A stretch of DNA of 64,000 nt from Eledone cirrhosa (taxonomy: Eukaryota), in contig OZ024741.1 of the NCBI GenBank assembly GCA_964016885.1, positions 372,806,001 through 372,870,000 of the forward strand, written 5' to 3'. The notes beneath the pieces are model-generated. The model did no database searches, was not told where the DNA came from, and saw nothing but the letters and a program-made list of their open reading frames with translations. Positions within the stretch are counted from its first letter, which is position 1, and each line of letters begins with the position of its first letter. Below are positions 1-9,686 of the stretch, one piece after another. The translations under genes and the position numbers were made by a program.

Positions 1-437
1 GGCGCACTATCCAGGGGGAGTCTTGTACTTTCAGACACTTTACATCATGAAACTGGGATAGGCACCAGCCAAATGAGACTTCTGGCAAGACAGACTTTAG
101 ACTTTTAGATATATGTAAAAAGTAAATAGAAATAACAATGCAAAAGACAATGAAGAAATATATATATATTAGTGTAATGCTTGAAATGATAGTAAAAGAG
201 TCTTAATGTTTTGGACACTAGTCCTTCACCAGAAGATAGAAAGATATTAAAAAACACACACATGTGTATTCAATCAGTCATATATGTACACATACACACA
301 TATCATTATCATCACCATCATCATTTATATATATATATATATATACTTAGGTTAATAGGAGTTAGGTATTGTATACCCGTGTCCCATTAAGGTATTGGCA
401 GCATAATAATTAGCTCTATGCTTTAGAGCAGAGCCGT

Positions 438-1135
438 ATATATGATAAAGAACACAAGAGCGTCTACAACATCAAAAGATTTTTATTGGCTTACAATGTT
501 TCTTCCTTACGTAACCGTAGGATTCTTCAGAGCTATAAAAGGGGTTTGATTGGTGTTATGGACTCTACCAACCAAACATTCAAGAACAAAAAGTAAAGAG
601 AGTAAAGAGCAAAAGCAGGGGACGATAAGTCTAATTTTGGTCCTTTATATTTTACCTTATTCTTACTTTTATACCTTATTATAGTGTAATCTTCCCCATG
701 CCTTATTATACATTATTAATTATAGATTATTATTATTACTCTTATTCCATTTCTAATTACCTCATGTACTTTCTCCTCCGTTATATATATATTGTATGCC
801 CTTTGTGTGTGTGTAGCCTCTGCACACCCTCTGCACCCTACTATCGACGCCACCCCATCTATGGCTCCACTAATCACTCGACTCCTGGGAATGAATATGA
901 CCACAGCTAGTAAACAAGGACCCCCACTCCACCCTCCCGCACCAAAATTAGACTTATCGTCCCCTGCTTTTGCTCTTTACTCTCTTTACTCTTTGTTCTT
1001 GAATGTTTGGTTGGTAGAGTCCATAACACCAATCAAACCCCTTTTATAGCTCTGAAGAATCCTACGGTTACGTAAGGAAGAAACATTGTAAACCAATAAA
1101 AATCTTTTGATGTTGTAGACGCTCTTGTGTTCTTT

Positions 1136-1145
<10 letters not shown>
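438..1145. mobile_element. Fold-back element with ~200-bp inverted arms (438-641 / 941-1145); Penelope-like pseudo-LTR relic carrying a hammerhead-like motif in each arm
   Basis: The arms are near-identical reverse complements. Each carries CTGAAGA..GAAAC ATT GTA. Flanked by (TA)n. Confidence 0.7.
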
Positions 1146-1186
<41 letters not shown>

Positions 1187-1950
1187 TTACCATTTTATAT
1201 AGCTCTGATTAATAATTATTTGTTTAATTAATTTTTTCATTGAGCCACACCATGAAAGGTAGCCACACTCATATATGTATCTGTGTCTAAATATATACAT
1301 ACATATCCCTATGAATTTATTCTATACTTCTGTTCGGTCGAGTAAACCTTAGGCAGTATCTAACTCTTCATTCTAGCAGCCACCCGGCCTGCCATTCACA
1401 ACCTTCTACTTTGACCGCTGGCCACGTGATAATTCTTACCCATTTTGAATTCATTTCTGGCGGCGATCACTACAGAAGTTTTAGTCCTAACTTGAGGGGT
1501 CTCTTGAGAAGCTCAAAACCTCATGGATAATACCAGAATTGGACATATCCACAAAGTACGAGCGAAACTATCGATAGTCGGAACTAGAAGAATTTTGGTA
1601 AAGTTTATATACATTTTTTCTTCAAACTTACATTTTAGACTTAGCTCCTTTTAATTGAGTATTTGTCTAGTTAATTTCTATGGGCTAAGAAGAAAGACTA
1701 GGTAAATTTTATCTGACTGTTCCTCGCAGGGGATAGTCTGTGTCATTTATCTGTTATTTCTTCGAAGTTACATTTTAAACTTAGCTCTGTTTAAATGATT
1801 AATTATCTAGTTAATTTCTACAGACTAGGGAGAAGAAAAATTGGGTATATATATATATTTATAGTAATAATAATAAATTTGAAGACTAAAATCCAAAGAG
1901 GGCTCGATAAGGATAAATATATATCAAATATATAAGAACCATAGAGCAAA

Positions 1951-2090
1951 TATTTATTAAAATAGCAGATTAAAGTTTAAGCAAAGAATCGCTGCTTTCA
2001 CCCTTTACGGGTATTTTCTGAAAGTTCCCGTTAAGGATGAAAGCAGCGATTCTTTGCTTAAACTTTAATCTGTTATTTTAATAATAAATA
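1951..2090. repeat. Hairpin with ~60-bp arms; one arm recurs at 6139-6210
   Basis: aaaatagcagattaaagtttaagcaaagaatcgctgctttca...tgaaagcagcgattctttgcttaaactttaatctgttatttt. The adjacent segment 1864-1940 recurs at 4033-4108 and partly at 6093-6127. Confidence 0.85.
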
Positions 2091-2136
2091 TATATATTTA
2101 TATATATATTTATATATATATTTATATATATATATT

Positions 2137-3935
2137 TACAAAGGTAAAGGTGATGCACTAGACTACAAAGGTAAAGGTGATGCACTAGATAGAGGAAACT
2201 ATAGAGGTATAAAGCTGATGGACCAGGTCATGAAAGTAACAGAAAGAGTTATAGCACAGTTGATTAGGGACCGGGTGAAACTAGACGAAATGTAATTTGG
2301 GTTTGTACCAGGAAGAGGCACCACTGATGCCCTCTTCCTCGTCAGGCAGTTACAGGAAAAGTACCTAGCTAAAAGTAAGCCACTCTACCTGGCATTTGTC
2401 GACCTTGAGAAAGCCTTTGACAGAGTTCCACGTGCTGTAATCTGGCGGGCTTTTAGAAAACTAGGAGTAGATGAATGGCTTGTGAAAGCTGTACAAGCCA
2501 TGTATAGGGGAGCAGTCAGCAAAGTTAGGATTAGCAATGAGTATAGCGAGGAATTTAGCGTACAGGTTGGGGTCCACCAGGGCTCTGTTCTTAGCCCCCT
2601 CCTGTTCATCATAGTCCTGCAGGCAATAACGGAGGAGTTTAAGACCGGATGCCCATGGGAACTCCTGTATGCTGATGACCTCGCACTTATAGCTGAATCT
2701 ATGGTAGAATTAGAGAAGAAATTCCAAACTTGGAAGCAGGGACTAGAAAGAAAGGGTCTCAAAGTCAACATGACAAAGACTAAGGTCCTTGTAAGTAGAC
2801 GAGAAAACAGAACCCAGATCCCCTCAGGGAAATGGCCTTGCTCAGTATGTAGGAAAGGTGTAGGTAGGAACTCCATTCTTTGCCCCAAATGCAAACAATG
2901 GGTACACAAGAGATGTAGCGGGATCTCAGGAAGCCTAATTAAGAATGTAGGCTTCACATGCAGCAGCTGTACTGGGACAGCAAGCAGCAAACATCCACAG
3001 GAAACAAGTACCACCAATCTCTGGGAGGGCTCTGTAGAAACAGTAGACAGCTTCTGCTACCTAGGTGACCGAATTAGCAGCAGAGGTGGGTGTTCAGAAA
3101 GTACAATAACTAGGGTAAGAACGGGATGAAAGAAGTTTAGGGAACTACTACCACTGCTAGCTGCAAAAGGCTTCTCCCTCAAAATGAAAGGCAGACTGTA
3201 TGATGCGTGTATCCGAACAGCGATGTTACATGGTAGTGAGACCTGGGCGCTGAAGGTGGAAGCCTTACGTAGATTAGAGAGAAACGAAGCCTGCATGCTC
3301 CGATGGATGTGTAACAGTAATATACGCGAACGACAAAGCATAAATGAATTGAGAGAGAGACTGAGCATAAGAGGAATCAAATGCTGTGTGCAGGAGAGGC
3401 GGTTGCATTGGTATGGACATGTGATGCGTATGAAGGATGACAGCTGCATAAAAAGGTGCAGAGCACTAGAAGTCGATGGAAACCGCAGAGTGGGGAGACC
3501 CAAGATGACCTGGGATGAGGTGATAAAAGCCGACCTTACCCAATTACACCTCTCAAAGGCGATGGCACACGACCGTGACCTCTGGCGTCACGCAGTAATA
3601 CAGAGTACCCGACCTCCCATGGGTACAAGCTGAAGCATATAGACAATATGCCCCCACACCCCCACTGCAAGGTGGTTGTGGAGGTGCCACGGCAAAAACA
3701 CCCAGCCCACACTGTAAAGTGGACATGTAGGCGCCACGAGAAAGCACCCAGCACTCACTGTAAATGAGGTTGGTGTTAGGAAGGGCATCCAGCTGTAGAA
3801 ATCAAGCCAAATCAGTTCCTGTATGAGCAAGGCATGGTCAGCCGACCAGACACTGCCCACAACAGGACAACCCGTCTAACCCATGCTAGCGTGGAAGAAC
3901 GGACGTAAAACGGTGATGATGATGATGATGATGAT
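2137..3935 (+). mobile_element. 5'-truncated RTE-clade LINE (RT pseudogene, 3' UTR, (GAT)n tail)
   Basis: RT motifs AFVDLEKAFDRV, GVHQGSVLSPLLF, LLYADD, FCYLG, MLHGSETW and RRLHWYGHV. Premature stops near 2293 and 3127. A 27-bp tandem duplication sits at the 5' junction. Flanked by (TA)n. Confidence 0.95.
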
Positions 3936-4121
3936 TTATATATATATTTATCATCATCATCATCGTTTAACGTCTATCTTCCATGCTAGCATGGGTTTAG
4001 AACAATATATATATTTATATATATATATTTCGTAATAATAATAAATTTGAAGACTAAAATCCAAAGAGGGCTCGATAAGGATAAATATATATCAAATATA
4101 TAAGAACCGTGCAAATATATA

Positions 4122-4219
<98 letters not shown>

Positions 4220-4229
4220 GGCCAAAGTA

Positions 4230-5153
4230 AATGCATCTGTAAAGCCCCCCCAGCCCACATTGCAAAGTGGCTGCGATGGTGACATGGCAAAAAGTGCCCA
4301 GCCCACTCTGTAAAGTGACCGTGTAGGTGTTACGATAAAAAGCACCCAGTTCTCACTGTAAATTGAGGTTGGCATTGGGAAGATATCCAGCTACAGAAAC
4401 TAAGCCAGAACCAGACTGGCACGAACAAGACATTGTCACCTGACCTAGGATTGCCCACGACAGGGCAATCCTGCCTAACCCATGCTAGCGTGGAAAATGG
4501 ACGTAAAGGCGGAGGTGATGATGATATGTGTGTATATACACAAATATATATAGACCATGTGTATCATCATCATCATCATCATCATTTTACATCCGCTTTT
4601 CCCTGCTTGCAAGGGTGGGATGGGAACTGATTCTGGCTTGATTTTTCTACAGCTGGATGCCCTTCCTGACACCAACCTCATTTACAGTGAGTGCTGGGTG
4701 CTTTTTTTCCATGGCACCTCCACGACCACTTTGCAGTGGAATGATATGGACCCCAGTCCCTATCATCTCATTTCTACAGCTGAGTAAACTGGAGCAATGT
4801 GAAATAAAGTGTCTTGCTCAAGGAAACAACACATCAACCGGTCTGAGAATTGAACTCAAAACCTTTCGATTGCAAGGCCAATGCTCTAACCACTAAGCCA
4901 TGTGCCTCCATATATATGTATATAGCACCCAGCCCACACTGTAAAGTGATCATGTAGGTGTCATGACTAAAAGCACCCAGCCCACACTGTAAATGTGGTT
5001 GGCGTTAGGAAGGGCATCCAGCTGTAGAAAACCAGCCAGATACAGTCCTATATGAGTGAGGTATGATCATCAGACCCAATTTGTCTCTAAATGGGACAAA
5101 CCCGTCTAACCCATGCTAGAAGGAAGATAGACGTGAATCGATGATGATGATGA
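4230..5153 (+). mobile_element. RTE 3'-UTR fragments of related subfamilies (4230-4525, 4924-5153) around an antisense SINE
   Basis: Share aaaagcacccagcccacactgtaaag, ggaagggcatccagctgtagaaa and cccatgctagc...gatgatgat with the 3' end of the RTE at 2137-3935. Confidence 0.85.
4563..4910 (-). mobile_element. tRNA-derived CORE-type SINE with RTE-derived tail (family A)
   Basis: Reverse complement of the 54959-55300 copy. Another copy is at 6246-6582. Confidence 0.88.
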
Positions 5154-5493
5154 TATATACATATATACATATATATAATAAAAATGACAAACACAGAAAT
5201 ACCAAAACAATTAATATTACTGGGTTCTCGCTTTGGATGAAAGAGAGAAAAAAAGAGTTTAACGTATCGGATATTAGCCCTTTGTCAAGAAAGTAGAAGT
5301 AGAAAGATAGAAAAAAGTGTTCTAGAAAAATATAAAAATTAGAAAAGGGGGACATGTGAGGGACATGTGCGTGTTGTTATTAATATTTTATGGGTATCAC
5401 CGTATATATAGGGTTAAGCATCAGCCTGATGAGCCTCCGGGCTCACAACAGACTTCATATATATACATATATATATTATATATATATACATAC

Positions 5494-5524
<31 letters not shown>

Positions 5525-6050
5525 GTTAAAACTTAGATGGGAACAAAAACAGAGAGGCAGTACAAATAAGAGTTTATTAGGTTCACGCTTTTGAGAGTGG
5601 GGTGGGGAACGACGGTTTGGGTATAAGCCCTTCATCAGGAGAAAAGTGGGTAGGAAGAAAGTTCCGAGGGTGTGTGGGGGAGTGGTGGAAAGACATTTAG
5701 AAAAAAAAGAGGGGGGAAACCGATTGAAGAAGTACAAATAAAAATAAAAATAAACATAAAAATTTACAAGTGGTGGAAGGGTGTGAGGCGTGTATGGGTG
5801 GTGGCAGATGGAGTTGGAAGAGGGAGGCGGGGGGTCCGAGCGGGGAGGGCTGAAGGTGGTGTTTGTGTATGTGTGTAGGTGTACGCGTGTGTGTGTGCGT
5901 GTGGATTCCGGAGGGTGAGTGTGTATATGTGGGGGTGGCACGTGTGTGTTTGTGTTTGTATGTGGTGTGGATGTAGGTGGCGTGGTTCGAAAAAAAATGT
6001 GAGTGTTTGTTCGTGGGTAAGTTCCTAAGGTAATTCTGTGGAGTGTGCGA

Positions 6051-6052
<2 letters not shown>
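5525..6052 (-). mobile_element. Penelope-like 3'/pseudo-LTR relic between (TA)n tracts, with a degenerate minimal hammerhead
   Basis: The minus strand reads CTGATGAAGGGCTTATACCCAAACCGTCG (5638-5610), close to the Penelope-type pattern CTGATGAAGGGC..GCCCGAAACG. C/A-rich spacer. Confidence 0.55.
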
Positions 6053-6089
<37 letters not shown>

Positions 6090-6205
6090 TAGTAATAATA
6101 ATAAATATGAAGACTAAAATCCAAAGATTTTGTTAGTTTCAGAAGATCCCGGTAAGGGTGAAAGCAGCGATTCTTTGCTTAAACTTTAATCTGTTATTTT
6201 AATAA

Positions 6206-6238
<33 letters not shown>

Positions 6239-6245
6239 GATATAT

Positions 6246-6582
6246 ATCATCATTTCATTTTACGTCCGCTTTTTCCCTGCTTGCAAGGGTGGGACAGGAA
6301 CTGATTCTGACTTGATTTCTACAGCTGGATGCCCTTCCTAACACCAACCTCATTTACAGTGAGTGCTGGGTGCTTTTTTGCCGTGGCACCTCCACGACCA
6401 CTTTGTAGTGGAATGATAGGGACCCCAGTCCTTATCATCTCATTTCTACAGCTGAGTAAACTGGAGCAATGTGAAATAAAGTGTCTTGCTCAAGGAAACA
6501 ACACATCACCTGGTCTGAGAATTGAACTCACAACCTTTCGATTGCAAGGCCAATGCTCTAACCACTAAGCCATGTGCCTCCA
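6246..6582 (-). mobile_element. SINE family A copy
   Basis: Near-identical to 54959-55300 and 4563-4910; inserted in (TA)n. Confidence 0.88.
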
Positions 6583-6730
6583 TATATATATATATACATA
6601 TATATATTGGAACATGGGTGAAATCCTTGGTACAGTTAAGTATATTTAAAAAAAGGAAAAGAATGACTTCACTTGTAGTTCTAAACAATTTGATTTAATT
6701 TTATATTATGATTTGGTAGATCTAGTTCTA

Positions 6731-6776
<46 letters not shown>

Positions 6777-6781
6777 AAGTA

Positions 6782-6875
6782 TGACCCCCGACGGCAGAGC
6801 TCAAGCCGTTTTGATGGCTATTTCTTGAGTCCAGAAATAGCCGTCGAAACGGCTTGAGCTCTGCCGTCGGGGTCA
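6782..6875. repeat. Near-perfect GC-rich hairpin (43-44 bp stem, 7-nt loop)
   Basis: tgacccccgacggcagagctcaagccgttttgatggctatttct-tgagtcc-agaaatagccgtcgaaacggcttgagctctgccgtcggggtca. Two mismatches and one bulge. Confidence 0.92.
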
Positions 6876-7102
6876 AATTTTTTCCTATTACCCACTCTAC
6901 TACCCTAAGTATTGAGTACTCTGGTACGTTATGGTCCATCTGGTTCCTTACTACAACTCCTTCCTATATATATATATATATATGCACACACTCACACTTA
7001 TACACATATTCTAATTAGAAAAACATGTAATAGTTGCTATTTATCAAAGAATTGTAATAAGTAAATTATGTGGACATTGTGTAAAAGAGGGTTAATGCTT
7101 AC

Positions 7103-7166
7103 AGCTAAGGAAGAATTTGCCATCAATGATTTCCACATCGAAAATGGTATCTTGTAAATATACCAT
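7103..7166 (-). CDS. Candidate alternative first coding exon of PDE4 (MVYLQDTIFDVEIIDGKFFLS + T, phase 1)
   Basis: ATG in context agcaacATGG, 21 codons plus 1 nt, donor GCT|gtaagc. Phase 1 matches the intron after exon 18811-18904. Lies in non-repetitive sequence. No homology support. Confidence 0.35.
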
Positions 7167-7698
7167 GTTGCTGGTTATAAAATATACTCTTTTTTTCAGA
7201 AAGTTCTATGAAATCTTTAGTTGAAACAGTGGAATTTAGATCCCAGAAATTGCCTGGTTTGGTCCAGAATCACTGCAGTATTTGGTTGAATTTAATACAA
7301 GAAGATAAAGTTACGTCCGTCTTTGAGGAATAACTTATGAAAGTGAAGAAAGTCGACCAAACACGTGACTATTATTACTATGTGAAAGTTACAGGCCTGA
7401 GAAAATATATAAGCCACTCCTCTTCCTTGCTATTTATAATAATAATAATAATAAACAGCAACCCACCTACTACATTGTACTCTTCTAATGTTTATGTAAA
7501 TTATATCAGAGGGGTTTGTATGGCGGTAAGAACTTTTTGATGCAGGAGAATTTATAATACTGTACAACTTCTTTGGTACAAGAGAAATTTAACGTGTTTA
7601 ACACAGGGTCTTTGAAGGGCCATATGACTTGCTGAGTTCCTGTAAAATGACACTCCATAGACATCATCAGCAGCAGCAGCATTATCATCATTGTTTAG

Positions 7699-7921
7699 CC
7701 CTTTAGCATTTAAGCCGGCCATAACTGGCCAGAATTCCCTCACCTTTTTCTGTTTAAACTGGCTGTAACTAGCCACTCATACTTATGTTAAGGTATTGCT
7801 CTCAAAATAAATAATACCAAAATCTCATAGATTCAATATTATGTGAGATAATTATGTAAGGTAAAGCCTTTACTGTGAAAATACAATAGTATATGTAGAA
7901 AGTAATGTAAATGCTAAAGGG
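7699..7921. mobile_element. piggyBac-type MITE family 1 copy
   Basis: TIRs CCCTTTAGCATTTA...TAAATGCTAAAGGG with TTAG/TTAA flanks. Confidence 0.85.
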
Positions 7922-8113
7922 TTAATGTTGATTTCAGGGTGGGCTGGGTGCTTTTCGTTATGGCACCAGCACTACCGTTTTACAACACTAGAATTTTTTT
8001 CATACGCTGATGCGTATGTGTATATGTGTGTGCATGTGTGTATGTGCATATGCATATATTTATATGCATGAGTATATAAATATAAACACGCAAACACAGA
8101 CGCACTTACAAAA

Positions 8114-8298
8114 ATCACCCCTTCCTTCCTCAGTCATCTCTAGTGCGTGACATTATCACCCCTTCCTTCCTCAGTCATCTCTAGTGCGTGACATCATCAC
8201 ACCTTCCTTCCTCAGTCATCTCTAGTGCGTGACATCACCCCTTCCTTCCTCAGTCATCTGTAGTGTGTAACGTCATCACTCCTTCCTTCCTCAGTCAT
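8114..8298. repeat. ~41-bp minisatellite, about 4.5 copies
   Basis: Unit atcaccccttccttcctcagtcatctctagtgcgtgacatc. Confidence 0.9.
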
Positions 8299-8530
8299 TG
8301 TGTATGTATGGATGGAAGTTCATATAGATCAACTGGGTATTTTTCATTGTGGCACCAGCACTACTACTTTAGAAGGTAGACTGGGTACTTTTCATTGTAG
8401 CACTAGCACTACCGTCTTACAGAGTGGAGTAGGTGCTTTTCATCATGACCCCAGCACTACTACCTTAGAAGGTAGACTGGGTACTTTTTATTGTGGCACC
8501 AACACTACCGTCTTACATAGTGGAGTAGAT

Positions 8531-9686
8531 ATATAATATATATAATGAAATTATTGTGTAAAGTGCTCAGGTGCACTACAACTTGTCAAAGGTGCATGTA
8601 TAGTACATAGAATAATACACAAATGTCAGGGAAGTGAATAGTGTATGAGTCATGATATACATGTGTGTATGTGTATGGAGGGGGGATATTAGGTGTAGTG
8701 TTGGCGAATCTCGGGAAGCATGGAGGCCTTAAAGGATGCAGTGTCTCGACAGCTAACAACTGATGCAGGTAGTTTGTTCCATGCTTCAGCAACTCTGAGC
8801 GTGAAAAAATGTTTCCGAAAGTCATGGGAACTGTACTGTTTTCTGACTTTGTGGGCATGTCCACGTGTGTTAGACTCATGGAAATCAAAAAGGTACTCAG
8901 GGTTGTTGTGGGCAAGATGGTTAACAATTTTGTGGGTGTTTACCAAGTCAGTTGCCAGGCATCGGAGCTTCAATGTAACCATGCTCAGGGGAGCAAGGTA
9001 CTCAGAGTATGGTAGATGCCTGATGGAGGGTATTCGCTTGGTTGCACGTCTCTGAACAGTTTCCAGGCGGTCAATGTTCTGAGCAAGATAGGGGTTCCAG
9101 ACTGGTGATGCAAATTCTAAGTGTGGCCGCACCATAGCCATGTACAGCCTTAAATAGATAGCTGGAGAGCGGCTGACAAAGGTCTTGCTGAGTGATGCTA
9201 AGACACCCTCGGCCCTCTTCACAATTTTAGCGACGTGCTTCGTCCAACGCAAATCGCTGCTGACCGTTATGCCCAAGTCGCGTTCACAAGAAGACTTCTT
9301 GATATTAGTGCTGTGGAGGGAGTATGTGGACGCTGGGTTTTTACTCCCAAAATGCATGGTGGTGCACTTGTCCACAGCTAGCTTGAGTTGCCAGTCTGAG
9401 ATCCATTGTTGCATTGTGTCCAGGTCAGACTGCAAGCAAGATCTATAGTGTTCAGGATCTGTCCTTTTTATCTCAAGGTATAGCTTGATGTCATCTGCGT
9501 ACTTTAGTACTGTGGAATTCTTTAAGTTGGCATCTATGTCGTTAATATATGCCATAAACAAAAGGGGGCCAAGAACAGATCCCTGTAGTACACCAGATGA
9601 CATCTCATATGGTGAGGAATGCTGTCCTAGAACCGTGACTACCTCTCTTCGACTGAGAATGAAGGACTTCAACCAGTTAAAAAAGA
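8531..9686 (-). mobile_element. 5'-truncated CR1-group LINE (open C-terminal RT fragment 8689-9686 plus 3' UTR)
   Basis: SGVLQGSVLGPLLF, YINDI, YADDIKL, ERDLGI, VRPHLEFASPVWNP, LETVQRRATK and RGH...FFTLRVAEAWNKLP. AT-rich tail. Interrupts the 48-bp array. Confidence 0.93.

Noticed and set aside
2385-3503. Minus-strand ORFs of 210 and 148 aa (also 19015-20079, 8720-9709 on plus, 62666-63207 on plus)
   Set aside because: They are antisense shadows of LINE RT coding sequence.
5426-5440. CTGATGAG motifs in SINE B tails (also 14324-14331)
   Set aside because: There is no downstream stem II plus GAAA, so these are not hammerheads.
5414-6124. 236-aa Pro/Thr/His-rich ORF; similar ORFs at 3986-4375, 12985-13311, 38802-39472 and 61526-62411
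   Set aside because: These are low-complexity or microsatellite translations.
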